DNA from: Octopus sinensis
Taxonomy: Eukaryota
Length of the DNA stretch: 53,603 nt
Reading direction: 5' to 3'
Assembly: GCF_006345805.1 (NCBI RefSeq)
Contig: NW_021835770.1
Location: 1-53,603 of the forward strand
This document shows, one piece after another, positions 38,548 to 52,170 of this stretch. Positions within the stretch are counted from its first letter, which is position 1; the number at the start of each line of letters is the position of its first letter. The notes below the pieces were generated by a model that worked only from the letters and a program-made list of their open reading frames with translations, searched no databases and was not told where the DNA came from. The position numbers and the translations under genes are program-made.

Positions 38548-38989
38548 ACAATTATATATATATATATATATGTGTGTGCGTGTGTATGTATATATATATA
38601 TATACATGCATATATGGGTACAGGACATCACCAACGGTGCAAATAACACGAAATACGTAAACAAACGAGTTAATTACTTAAACAACGTAAAAGTGGAAAA
38701 CAGGACAAGTAAACAGAAAGAATCCTTCATCAGTTGTCGGCTGTCTATCTACTCCTCATCTCGAACATTATATATATATATATTCAATTAGAGGTAAAAT
38801 TAGTTACAATAAAGGATGGTATCATTTAATGAATTATTGGTTTAATACATAATATTTGTTGAGAATAGTAATATTCTAAAAACAATAGGTTTACAAATGA
38901 ACCATGGTTTATAATCATTCAAAAAAAAAGTAAGAAAATGAAGATATAGAATTTAATAAAAATTCATTATCTGCAGAAATCACACATAG

Positions 38990-39075
38990 TCCCTTACAGC
39001 TGTTTCAATTAAGCCTAAAAGGATTAAATAGCACTTATTAAAATCATCATATAAGGCAAAATCTCTTCAAAGGGG
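38990..39075 (-). ncRNA. Type I hammerhead-like motif (core TTGAAGA)
   Basis: CCCT-TTGAAGA-GATTTTGCCTTA..TAGGCTTAATT-GAAAC-AGCT-GTA-AGGG. Confidence 0.6.
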
Positions 39076-39700
39076 TAGAAAAAAGATATACAGTTATATT
39101 TTTATGTGTTGTATTTTTGAATCATCACAGTAGTACGAAGCTGCGTATGTTTTATAGAGATTTAACTACTCGTATCCATTGGCATGGGTCCGGTGAAGAG
39201 AAAAATACGAACGTGTCTGATGCTAACCAACGATGCAAACGGGTGTTTTTTCTGCAATCAAAGGCAGTGGTGATCAAGAAAATACGTGACAGTGGATGGT
39301 TCACTGCTGCGGGATGAGAATTTGAGGACAATTAATCTTCCGTTCATTTCATGTACAAAGTGCGAACGAGATGATTCATGTATCACGGTCTCTATTTATC
39401 AATCACTACCTGCGATAAAGGATCGTGAGGAAATATCCTATGGCAATCAGTTGAGCTTGTGATACTTCTCTACGACTTAGGATGACTTTATTGTTCGGCT
39501 CTCAATATACCCATGCAATAATACACGGACGACTATATAAGAATCGATATAGGCCGCGATCTAACATGGTCAAACACCGGAGATTGAATGAATCAATAAT
39601 TGAATTAATTTAAAAAAATCTGTTCCAGGGGTAACAAGTTGAAATGAAGTCATGTCCAGCTTAGAATAAAGAATGCAAAGATAATCTTGCAAGTGAATAA

Positions 39701-39839
39701 ATATTTAATCCGTAATCATGAATCCGATGAAATATATTTTGTTTCACCTTTGGTTTTAGTTGTTGAGGGACAATTATCAATAAGCGGGTGAGGTGAAACA
39801 AAATATATTTTGTCGGACGAACGATTGTGAATTAAATGT
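39701..39839. repeat. Imperfect inverted repeat, arms about 48 bp
   Basis: aaatatattttgtttcacct / aggtgaaacaaaatatattt. Confidence 0.8.
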
Positions 39840-39964
39840 TTTAAAGAAAATTTCTTCATTTTTTTTTCGTTCCCCAAGTGTTTTAGGAAAGGCCATGCGA
39901 CTCGCCGACCTTTTGAATTAAGAACCGAGGGTTTAATATTTTAGCTCTGAATGACATTTAATTT

Positions 39965-40506
39965 CCCCTCCTCTCTCTATCTCTCTCTCGCTCTCTCTCT
40001 CCTGCACTTACTCACTCACTCGCACATGCACTCTCTCTCTCTCACACACACACACGCAGAATCGTATTTTTATCTTCTCTTTCTGTTCCTCACTCTAACT
40101 CTCTCACTGTTTCTCACTTTCTCTCCCCCTCTGTCACTCTCACGCTCTCTCTTTCTCTCCGGCTGTTCCTCTCTCATTCTCTTTTTCCTTCGCTATCGCT
40201 CTACCTTTCCCTTTCTCTGTGCCATCTGTTCGTCTTCTCTCTATCATCTCTTTATCTCCTCCTTCAAGTTGTCCATTCTTTCGCTCTATCTCTGTCTCTC
40301 CCTCTCTCTTTCTCTCTCACACTCTTTCTTTCTTCCACTTCCCCTCTCTCTCTCTCTCTTTCTCTTCCCCGTTCTCTCTTTCTTCCTCTCCCCCCGCACG
40401 TTCTCTCTCTCTCCCTCTCTCGCTCTTTCTCGCTCTTTTTGTCTCTGTCGCTCTCTCTCTCTCTCTCTCTCTCCTCTCTCTCTCGCAATCTCTCCTTGTC
40501 TCTCTG
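39965..40506. repeat. Degenerate (CT)n pyrimidine tract
   Basis: direct reading. Confidence 0.9.
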
Positions 40507-41224
40507 CCAATCAACAGCAATGTCGGAACTCTCACATCTGATAAACAGCCTCGTAAATCTCGTACACATCTAGTAAATAGCCTCGCAAATCATACATCTT
40601 TCAAATACAATCCCCCTACACACACACACACACACGCACGTATGCGCATATAAATAAATGCATGCACACCCACACATACACACCCTTGGCATGTTTAAGA
40701 AAATAAATCAGATTTAAAGAAAAAAAATGGTGAGGAATTACGCAAAAAAATATTTCTTTAACAGAAGTAACCTTTTGTATTGATCTAACTGCAGCGTAAT
40801 TGCCATAAATACGTGACAGGCGGAGCTAGGAGTCACACACAAGACACACTGATGCACATATACACGCAAACACAGACACATACACATACACACATGCCCG
40901 CTCGTGTGCATATGTTCGTACACGTGCGAACATACATTCACATACATTCATGCGCACACTCGTACACATACACACACATATATGCATATGCGGACACACT
41001 TGAAGATACACTTACACACACACATATGTGCACATACATTTACACACACTTTGTGTTACGCACGCACACATACATACACACTCACATGCTCATAGACGCA
41101 CAAACATACGCATACATATACGGCCACACGTACGCAAACGCACATACGTCTATACTCGCACACACGCTCACTCGTGCACAGCCGCATACTCATACGCATG
41201 CGCACACATAGACACAATATAAAT

Positions 41225-41681
41225 GCATTTTATCTTCTACTTGGGGCACCACGTTTAAGGGTTTGGTGGGAGAAATCGCCCCCAGTAAATATTTTAAAAG
41301 TCTGGTAATTTCATTATTCTATACGTTTTGTTTTTGCCGATGCGCTAAGTTACGGGAACGTAAACAAACCAACACTGATTGTCAAGTAGTGATGGCGAAC
41401 AAACATATCCTCAAAGACATTCACTCTCGCACTCTCTCCTTCTTTCATTCTCTCCCCCACACATATACACCAAACACATGCACACACATAAACACACTCA
41501 CACGCACATACATACACGCATGTGATACGGGATTCTTTCAGTCTCCTCTTTCCAAATCTACTCACAAAGCTGTGATCGGCCCGATGCTATTGCAGAAGAC
41601 ACTTGCCTAACGTGCCTCGCAGTGGGACTGAACCCGGAACTATGTAGTTGGGAAGCAAAATTCTTACCACACAGCCGCGCC
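41225..41681 (-). mobile_element. SINE family B
   Basis: Both halves present. Confidence 0.8.
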
Positions 41682-41801
41682 CACACATGTACACACTTAC
41701 ACATACGCACGCTCGTATACATACACACACTCGTACACATGCATACATACGTTTCGCCAACACACACACACACAAACATTTCACCGCACGCACACCACAA
41801 C

Positions 41802-41834
<33 letters not shown>

Positions 41835-42259
41835 ATATATATATAATATATATTATATATATATATATATACAATACATACAGCACACACCATTAGTAGC
41901 GTCTACAAACCACGCTACGTCTCCGTCTCTAAGCGGAACCATAATACCTTTCGCGGGAATGATGTGCTGAAGAGTAAATTATGATAGACAAGCGAAGTAA
42001 CCATCAATACTAGCCAACCCTACCGCAAAGGTAATGGGCTTGTCCTCACCGAAACGCAATGCCAATCACTCACAGTCTATGATTGGAATGCGTTGGAAGA
42101 AAGTTTGTTTGTTGTCGTCTTCAATCGATGTTTCTTACAGTTTGCCAGGTTTTGTATGTTGTGTGTGTGTTGTGTGCGTGTGTGCTTTTAATGTTATTTT
42201 TGGTATTTTGATTCTTATTTTCCATTTGGGAATGTGTGAAAATGATGGTTGCTAAAGGA

Positions 42260-42605
42260 TGAATAATAATAATGATATTGGTGATGATGATGATGGTGAC
42301 GATGATCATGACGATGACGACTACAACGATGATGATGATGATGACGACCATGACGACGATGATGACGCTGGTGAGATGATGACGACGACGACGACCACGA
42401 TGATGATGATGATGATGATGACGATGGTGATGATGATGATGATAACATCGACATTAATAACAGCAGGAATAGTAACTACACGAATAATAAAAACAACAAG
42501 CACAACAATAACAAGAACAACAGCAATAATATACACATGAAGAAGGAAAACAACAACAACACCGACGACGACGACGACGATACTAACAGCAATGATAATC
42601 ACGAC

Positions 42606-42653
<48 letters not shown>

Positions 42654-42710
42654 TTTAAGAATGATAATAATAATAAGATAACAATAATAATAATAACATT
42701 AATAAATAAC

Positions 42711-42743
<33 letters not shown>

Positions 42744-42744
42744 T

Positions 42745-42784
<40 letters not shown>

Positions 42785-42883
42785 CAATAATGATAATAAT
42801 AATAAATAATAATAATAATAATAATAATAATTTTAAGAATGATAATGATAATAATAATAATAATAATCTTAAGAAAGATAATG

Positions 42884-42919
<36 letters not shown>

Positions 42920-42940
42920 TTAACAATAATGAAAATAATG

Positions 42941-42989
<49 letters not shown>

Positions 42990-43500
42990 GGAATAACATA
43001 AATGCTGGAAGACGCGGTAGAAAACCCTCCCCCACTTCACACACTCACAGCACACACGTCTTCCGATTGGCTAATGTTTCCTGTTTTTCGTTGTCGGATA
43101 TATTTGTGTGAATCATGTGTTATAACAGCTACATCAACAAAAACAACAACAACAACAACAGTAGCAGCAGCAGCAACAGCAACAACAACAACAATAACAA
43201 CAACAATAGCAACAACAACGACTACCACAGAAAGTACTGGATACGATAGTTTTAGCAATACGGCGAAACTCCATTAGCAAGCAACATTAGCAACAACAAT
43301 AACAAAGGTAGCGATTGCAACAGGGGAAAAAACAAACGAAAATGATAGCATTAGCAACGACAGCAACTGTAATTGCATTTACGTGAACAATCACAACTAC
43401 AACAGCAACAACCACAACAAGAGCAACAACAACAACCACAACAATAGCAACAACAACAACAGCAATAGCTGTAACAGTGAAAGAAGCAAGAGAATTATAA
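42260..43500. repeat. Trinucleotide mosaic (GAT/GAC/AAT/AAC/AGC)
   Basis: direct reading. Confidence 0.9.
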
Positions 43501-43508
43501 ACAATAGT

Positions 43509-43880
43509 AGGCACAGGAGTGGATGTGTGGTAAGAAGCTTGCTACCCAACCACAAAGTTCTGGGGTCAGTCTTGTGAATGGATTTGGTAGACGGAAACTG
43601 AAAGAAGCTTGTCGTATACATACATTCATATACATACATACATACATACATCTATATATATATATTGTGTGTCTGTGCCTGACCCCACCACCGCCATCGC
43701 TTCACAACCGATGCTGGTGTGTTTACGCCTCCGTAACATAGCGGTTCGGTCAAATAAACCGATAGAATAAGTACTTGGCTTACAAGGAATTAAGCCCTGG
43801 GGTTGATTTGTTCGACTAAAGGCGGTGCTCCATCATGGCCACAGTCAAATGACTGAAACAAGTAAAATAATAAAAGAATA
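43509..43880 (+). mobile_element. SINE family B, internally deleted head
   Basis: Head and tail motifs. Confidence 0.85.
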
Positions 43881-44089
43881 ATAAAAGCAGAAAAAAGACA
43901 GCCATAAGAACAACAACACCACCAGCAGAAACAACAACGGTATTAAAAGTACTCCGTCATTTGTGGCGATGCGTGATCCAGGTTATCCGATCAACGTGAG
44001 TATGGTTGAGCACTTCAGAGACACGCATAAACTTAACGTAGTTCTCATGAAGGCACAACGTGACACATAATATGAAAAGACCGGCTCCT

Positions 44090-44500
44090 TTGAATTAGGG
44101 GTACAATTCATTTTTACCCATCTGAATGGACTGGAGCAACGTGAAATAAAGTGTCTTGCTCAAGGACGTAATGCGTCGGTGGAAATCGAGCTCACGACCT
44201 TGCGATTGTCATCCGAGTAGCTTGGCCACTAAACCACGCATTTGCCCAACAGCAGCAGAATACTAGCAACAACAACAGCAACAATGAGATCGTATCATAC
44301 CACGCGCTGTAGCCGTGGCACACGAGTGAGCGCAACATGGTAGAATGGGATTTACGAGTACAACCGGTTTTTACCAGTTGAGTGGAGTGAGGAAACGTGA
44401 AATAATGTGTTTGCTTCAGGAAACAACGCGTCGCTGGAAATGGAACTCAAGACTCTATGATCATCAGCCGTACGCCCTAACCGCTAAGCCACGCGTCTTC
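44090..44500 (-). mobile_element. Two diverged copies of tRNA-like SINE family D
   Basis: aacgtgaaataa..gtgt..tgct..a(a)gga and aacc(a/g)ctaa(a/g)ccacgc recur at about 44130-44240 and 44370-44500. Confidence 0.65.
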
Positions 44501-44589
44501 ACAAAGTAATGACAAAACAATAATTTGAACAGTAACAACAATAACGGCGCAGACATAAACAGAAACAATCCTTTCTACTATGGGCGCGT

Positions 44590-45136
44590 GTCCAGTACAC
44601 AACTGGTACTTAATTTATCGACACCGAAATGACAAAAAGTAAAGTCGATCCTGGTGGAATTTGAACTCAGAACGTAACGGCAGACGAAATACCTATTTCT
44701 TTACTACCCACAAGCGGCTATACATAGAGAGGACAAACAAGGACAGACAAACGAATTAAGTCGATTATATCGACCCCAGTGCGTAACTGGTACTTATTTA
44801 ATCGACCCCGAAAGGATGAAAGGCAAAGTTGACCTCGGCGGAATTTGAACTCAGAACGTAACGGTAGACGAAATACCGATAAGCATTTCGCCTGGCGTGC
44901 TAACGATTCTTATTGCTTTAATGCCCACAAGGATCTAAGCATAGAGGGGACAAACAAGGGTAGACAAAGGTATTAAGTCGATTACATCGACTCCAGTGCG
45001 TAACTGGTACTTCATTTATCGACCCCGAAAGGCTGAAAGGCAAATGCGACCTTGGCGGAATTTGAATGTAACGGCAGACGAAATACTGCTAAGCATTTCG
45101 CCCGGCGTGCTAATGATTCTGCCAACTCGCCGCCTT
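44590..45136 (-). mobile_element. Head-to-tail trimer of SINE family A
   Basis: Core repeated three times, junctions near 44693 and 44910. Confidence 0.85.
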
Positions 45137-45251
45137 TATAAACAACAATAAGACTAGGAACAACAATAATAGCAGTAACGTGCTACTGAGAGAGCGCTTT
45201 CCATGGTGGCTTTGCCACATTCTCATATTATAGACTGCCGTCTTTCAATTC

Positions 45252-45467
45252 ACAACCACATGGTTTCGGATTGAGACCCACTGTGGGGAATCTTGGGCAA
45301 GTGTCTTCCACTATAGCCTCGGGCCGATTTGGTTAACGTAAACTGAAAGAAGCCCGCCTTCTGTGTGTGTATGCGTTTGTGTGTGTCTGTGTGTGTGTGT
45401 GTCTCTCTCTCTGTGAGTGCGTGTATGTATGTATGTATGTATGTATGTATGTATGTATGTATGTATG

Positions 45468-45498
<31 letters not shown>

Positions 45499-45765
45499 GT
45501 ACGTATGTATGTATATACGTATGCGTGTGTGTGTATACGTGTGCGTGTGTGTGCGTATGTATGTGTGCGTCTTTTTGTCTCTGGGCAACCAGTGTTGGTG
45601 GGTTTACATGTCTGTAACTTAGCACATCGTCATATGCGAACGATAGAACAAGTGACATGCTTTGAAGATATAAGTACTGGATCCGAATCATTTGACAAAA
45701 AATTCTTCAATGAAGTGCCCCAGCATGGCCGCAATATAATGAGTGAAGCAAGCCAAAGATAAAAG
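45252..45765 (+). mobile_element. SINE family B
   Basis: Head and tail motifs around internal microsatellite. Confidence 0.8.
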
Positions 45766-46621
45766 ATGTATCCGGTAAACGCAAATAAAGTAATATTAGA
45801 TTAAGATAGCCACCTATGCATCATAATCAACGTATACACAGTAGGTGACTAGTTGCAATATCAGTGAATGTTCAAACTTAGCATTTTAGAAACATAGTCA
45901 CTAATGTTAGTCGATCACGTGGTTACAGTCTACTGATAAAAGACGGAAGAGATATGACGACTATACATCTAAGACACTCTCAATATATTCCATTTTGTGT
46001 AACCCTGGAGATCAACTTTAGAAATTAATGGCACACTTCGCACTGAAAGTTTAAAAAGAAAAGTGCTCTAAAGGTAATTCAGAGAAATCTTTTATTAACC
46101 ATAATTCTGTATGAGGAAATTATGCATAATGTGTTTTTTTTCCAAGATGTTTTAGCGTTAGTATGCATTTTCGAAATTGTTACACGGTATTCTTTATCTC
46201 TTTTTTTTTTAATCTGCGGTGCTATTAGATACCCCCTTATGGTGCATCGTTTGAGAAGTACAGGTATAGATCGATATTTGCAATGCTGCAGTTTACAGGG
46301 AGGGAGAGAGCGAGAGAGAGTGGGAAAGAGGTGGAGAAGGAGGGGGTGAGAGAGAGAGGACACCTGTACGAGAAATGAAACATCGATATATTGTTGTATG
46401 ATTGTATAAACTGGTATGAAGGCTACACACACACACACATACACGCACACACACAATGTACTTTCTTGCATATTTGTCTTAATTTGCATGAATCCAAGGT
46501 GTAAGAGAGAGAAAACTGATACTCACGCGCACCCACACTCAAACGTGCCTATCATCTCCCTCTCCTCTCTCTCTCTCCTCTTTCCTTATTTTTTCTTTCT
46601 CTGTCTGCCTGTCTCTCTCTC

Positions 46622-46709
46622 TCAAATTCGAGTCAAAGACTTTATAACACCACACCTCGAAAACATTTGAGGTGTGGTGTTATATATAAAGTCGTTGACT
46701 CAAATTTGA
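46622..46709. repeat. 88-nt hairpin
   Basis: tcaaattcgagtcaaagactttataacaccacacctc / gaggtgtggtgttata..taaagtcgttgactcaaatttga. Confidence 0.85.
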
Positions 46710-47437
46710 TGTCTGTTCTGTTCTATGATCAATGTTTCTTTATCTCTGCCTCAATTACATTTGAGCACCTCTTTTTTGCAGTCCTATAAACCCTTTTGTT
46801 TCCCTAAAAAGAAACAAAAATTATTTCTCCGAAAAACCCCAAATGTTATTCAATTTGCTTTGCTGGAAGGATTGTTTTAAAGAAGTCGCGTCTTGTCCTA
46901 ATCTTCGAAATGAAGAATAGATAAAACAGTGGACAACTGATAAAGGGATTGTTCTTTGTGTTGCCTTTCTCGTTTCTCAATTTGTTTCTTTCATTGCCCG
47001 GAAAAAAGTTAGTTTTCCATGTTTTTTATGTTCCTTTTTTTCATTTTGTCCACGTTTTTTACGCTCTGTACCCACCGTACCCATATATGCATTATATATG
47101 TAGGTAGGTACATATATATTATATATATATATATATATGGCCAGATGTCACCTGACAGTAAATCAAATCCATTTAATTCCAAGACTTATTTATGTTTAAC
47201 AACTGAATGAATTTAATAAAAGCATCTAAACACAAAGCATCATGAAAATTGTTCAAACTAAAGTCCTTCATGAGTGACATATTTTTCTGTGTGTCAATAC
47301 ATTATTACAGATAGTATTTATGGAATTTTGATTTATTGTCGGGATTTGGCCAATCTTTTATATGTACACGCACACACATATACATACACATATAAACATA
47401 TAAGTGTGCATGGATATATAAGGTGTCTATTTCCCTC

Positions 47438-47497
47438 CGTTTGTCTGTCCTTGTTTGTCCTCTCTGTGTTTAGCCCCTTGTGGGTAGTAAAGAAATA
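47438..47497 (+). mobile_element. 5'-truncated SINE A tail with 17-bp TSD
   Basis: aggtgtctatttccctc (47421-47437) and aggtatctatttccctc (47497-47513). Confidence 0.85.
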
Positions 47498-47533
47498 GGT
47501 ATCTATTTCCCTCATATGTGTTGTTGTGTGTGC

Positions 47534-47572
<39 letters not shown>

Positions 47573-48080
47573 ATCCTCATAACAGCGTGAGGTGCATGAC
47601 AATAATAATAATGATGATGTTGATGATGATGATGATGATGACGACAACAAAAACTAGCAACAACAACGACGACTGCAACATCGATGTAGGAAGCACGGTA
47701 GGATGTAATTATGTGTGACCATTTGAGAATATGGATGCTGCCGTTTTTCTTAATAGACTTATTGTTTCTATGACAACATGAAACAGACTTTGTCATCATC
47801 AAGGTGATTGACCTGAATTTAAAAAAGTTCTGCTCTTCTTCCTCACTTTTACTTCAGTCTATCTATCAATTAGTCAATCTATATTTCTGACATACTATCA
47901 CACTTCCTTGCTCTCTCTGTCTCTTTCTCTCTCTCCATCTAAATTTATATTTCTATTTATCTATCTGTCTGTCTGTCTATCTATCTATCTATCCATCCAT
48001 GTACCTATCTATCTTATTATATATCTCTCTATCTATCTATTTATCTATCTATCCATCCATCCTTCTATCCATCTATCTTA

Positions 48081-48150
<70 letters not shown>

Positions 48151-48151
<1 letters not shown>

Positions 48152-49230
48152 CCGCGAGTGTCGCGTTGCTCTCAAGCAACTCTGCCGTCCTGGGACGACC
48201 TTGAGTGACTTCAACACAACCAAAGCATTCTATAGGGGTTTAGTGGAGGGTAGGTACGACGACGAGCTCGGGGCGAACCTGGACGTCGACGAGGAGTAAC
48301 CTGACCCGCCTGTTCAGGACGACTTTCGGGCCAGGGCCCTGGACAACTTCCAGAGATCCCCTGGCCTGGCATTGCTACCGAGAAGCGTACCGTTCGGGAT
48401 AAGCTCTACAGACACGCTCGAGAACACGGGGCCGACCTGCCGAGATGCGGTCAGAACGACAAAACCGTTCTGCACGCAATCGTGCAGTGTCCAACAATTT
48501 CCGACCTGTGGGCTTGTGTCGAACAACTGCTGTCACGTGTGGGACGAGTGGGGTTTCAGCTGAGTCTATCGTTAATATGTCACGCCTCCCTCCTTCAAAC
48601 GGGAAGGAAGAGCTTTTTTCATCATCCTGTGGCTATGGCGAAAGAATGTATCTTGTGGACGCGTTCTGAAAGGATTGGAGACAAACACTTTCCTCTCTGG
48701 TCAATCTCTCATCAACTTCTTCAAGTACCACTTGAAAAGGAAAGTGAGAGTAGAGAGGCAAGTTTTGTGTCTAGCGAATGTTTAAAAAAAGATGGGTGAA
48801 TGTAGCAGAATGGCACGTATGAATGACGAAGCCACCTTGAGCATGATCCTATGAACCCAGAAATTGAAAACAGAGAGTTGCTTATTTGCAAAAAAAAAAA
48901 AAAATATAACATGTGACTCCATTGACCGAGGTTACCGTGGTCTTTTCCGTAGGCTTTCTTTCCACGGGTAAACCTCACCTGTCCTCCCCTTTACCACTTC
49001 TATTGACATTTCTGTGATTAACGATCCCTATTGATCAAAGTTTTTTTTTTTCCTCTCACCCTTTTTTTAACCCCCCTTTTTTTTGTCCTCTTTCACTCCT
49101 TTTACGATCCCTTTTGATGGAAACTCCCCCTTCTTTTTTTTTTTTTTTTTTTTTTTAACCTTCAAAAGAAAAGCTGTACCTTGTAATTTGTTCTATCTGT
49201 GTGCAGCCCTGTGTGGCTAATAAAGAAACA
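48151..49230 (+). mobile_element. 5'-truncated L1/Tx1-like LINE (ORF2 C-terminal zinc finger plus 3' UTR) within (TATC)n
   Basis: DNFQRSLAWHCYREA..RDKL..C.RCGQNDKTVLHAIVQCP..LW (CCHC), frameshifted; T-rich UTR ending aataaagaaaca. Confidence 0.8.
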
Positions 49231-49264
<34 letters not shown>

Positions 49265-49339
49265 ACTATCTATCTATGTATCTGTCTATCTATCTATCTA
49301 CGTAGCTAGCTATCCATCCATCCATATGTCTATCTATCC

Positions 49340-49372
<33 letters not shown>

Positions 49373-49769
49373 GTGTGCAGCCCTGTGTGGCTAATAAAGA
49401 AACATATCTATCTATCCATCTATCAATCTATGTATCCACCCATCTATACATTCATCGATCCATCCGTCCATCCATCCATCCATCATACACAGATAGATTG
49501 ATAGATGGAGGGATGGATGGAGGAATGGGTGGATTGGTGGACGGGGAAATAGATAGATAGATAGATAGATATATAGATACACGGATGGACGGATAGGTGA
49601 ATGGATAGACGGGTGGATGGAATGTATATCCATCTATCCACCATTTATCTAGCTAGCTAGCTATCTGTTTTTCTCTGACACCCACTTTTTATTCTTTCAA
49701 AAGAATGAATTTCTAACCCTTTCCAACATAAGCAATTTATTATTCTCTTCTCTTCATATGTAAATATAT

Positions 49770-49926
49770 AGACGCAGGAGTGACTGTAAGAATCTTGCTT
49801 CCCAACCATATAATTCTGGGTTCATCCCACTGTGAGGCACTTTGGGCAAATGTCTACCACTATATCCTCGGATTGACCAAAATCTTTTGAGTGGATTTGG
49901 AAACTGAGAGAATCCTGTCGTATATG

Positions 49927-49963
<37 letters not shown>

Positions 49964-50160
49964 GTGTTTGTCCTCTCACCATCGCTTGACAACAGATGTT
50001 GGCGTGTTTACGTCCCCGTAACGAAGCGGTTCGGAAAATGAGACCGATGGAGTAAGTACTGGGCTTGCAAAAGAATAAGTTCTGGGTCGATTTGTTCGAC
50101 TATAGGTTGTGCTCCAGCATGGCCGCAGTCAAATGACTGAAAGAGGTAAAAGAATAAAAC
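49770..50160 (+). mobile_element. SINE family B, full length
   Basis: Head, (TG)n, tail. Confidence 0.85.
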
Positions 50161-50279
50161 AATTATATAATGTACACACAGGAATGTATATGAGTGTATG
50201 TCGCTATGTCCGTGTGTATTACATACACACACACACCATACACACACACACACCAACACACACACACATATATATTATA

Positions 50280-50318
<39 letters not shown>

Positions 50319-50679
50319 GCATACATGCATACACACACACACACACATATATATATATATGTATATATACCGAAAACTACTCTCACTGCATTGTGCGGTG
50401 ATTTGTAATCCCGTCAATTCCCAATATCTAATAAAAAGAACAATCTTAATCACAGAGTGTCAAAGGTCACTAGCAATGTGCATTCAGCTCATTGCAACTG
50501 CACTGCAGGGAAAGAGCCTGTTTAATTATTTTGACTTTTTTCCCTTGTATAATAAGTTTTTTTTTTTAATGGATGTAAGTAAATAAATGTATAATTAAAT
50601 CAATAAATAATAAATACATGAGACTTAATTTTGAATATTTTTTTCCTATCATATTTATCAAATAAAAATGCACAGTCTC

Positions 50680-50916
50680 GTGCACATATCTGTGATCTGT
50701 CGATGGTCCATTAGAATTGAAATGCTTGCCAAATCTGGCTATTTGCAGCGTAAACAAAGTCTTTCCTCACAAGTCTCGATCTCTGAAACTCAAAATACGA
50801 CGAATGGCGACATTTGCAGGGTATCTATGAAGTGAAATAACTTTGCCGTCTACATTCTTCCCTCTATAATTGCTGCATACACAACAGTATTTGAGCGATT
50901 TCTTCGGAAACATCAT
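50680..50916 (-). pseudogene. THAP zinc-finger domain remnant, probably from a DNA transposon
   Basis: MMFPKKSLKYCCVCSNYRGKNVDGKVISLHRYPANVAIRRI, then frameshifted RLVRKDFVYAANSQI and KHF. Confidence 0.65.
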
Positions 50917-52127
50917 ATTAACCGGTCATACAGCTTGTCAGTCGGTTGTCCGCGAAAGTAAAAGCAAGGTACATACGGGAGAGTTCCAATCAGGGGCGGA
51001 TAACTACATTATCGGAATGAACAGCCACGCATGCGCCTTATCATTGAGCCACGCCTTGCTCACTCATTTTCAATTAGAAAAAACAAAATGATTTTATTCA
51101 CGGTAACTGAAAAATATTGATTTAAAATAATATTAAAACATCTTTGTTAATGGCCAAGCATCTCTACTAATTTGGATAAGATATAAGAAGAGGGCAGCCT
51201 TTATTATTTATGGAGTTAATCTTTAATTTCATACTCAGTTTATATTTGACAAAATCCTGATTTCAGTTTTTTTCAACAAATTACTGCTTTGAAAAATTTC
51301 AAACGGTTTTATTAATGTTCTAATATATCTACTCATGTAGATAAAATATAAGAGGAGCTACTCCACTAACATATATAAAAAATGGTTTCTGCAAACACGT
51401 ATCGGTAACCCATACAAAACAGTTAGATCAAAAATTTTTAATAAATATAACCATGCTGAAATACTTCATGTTTCAGCTCTACGTAAGTGCCATTTTTTTA
51501 ATAGTATCGAAAAGAAAAACATTTCTACCACATTAAGGAATATAATACGAATTACCACTAAATGCTTATTAGTGAATGTATTTTAATAGAGAGTCACCCA
51601 GTAATATACATACATACATATATACAAACATACTACATCATACATACATACATATATAATATATATATAATATATTATATATATTATATATATATATATA
51701 TGGTAACTAATTATTATACAAACACACACACACACATATATATATGAATATATGTATGTACGTATGTATATATGTAAGTAGGTAGGTGGGTTGATAGATA
51801 GGTCGGTAGGTAGGTAGGTAGGAAGGTAGGTAGGTAGGTAGGTAGGTAGGTAGGTAGGTTAGGTAGGTAGGTAGGTAGGTAGGTATAATAATAATAAACG
51901 TATATATGTAAGGGATACATCTAAGTGCGTGTGTACGAAGCACAATGTTTATATGAAAATAAATATATGTAATTTTAGCTCTAAAATCTATTAACCTGAT
52001 TTCAATGTATGCGAGATTGCTTTATATATTATGAGAGCTAGCTATAACACATTATAGTTAATTCGAAGTATAATTTACTTGATAGGTATAATGAATATAT
52101 AAATATGGGAATCTGTTTTGCCTATGT

Positions 52128-52170
<43 letters not shown>

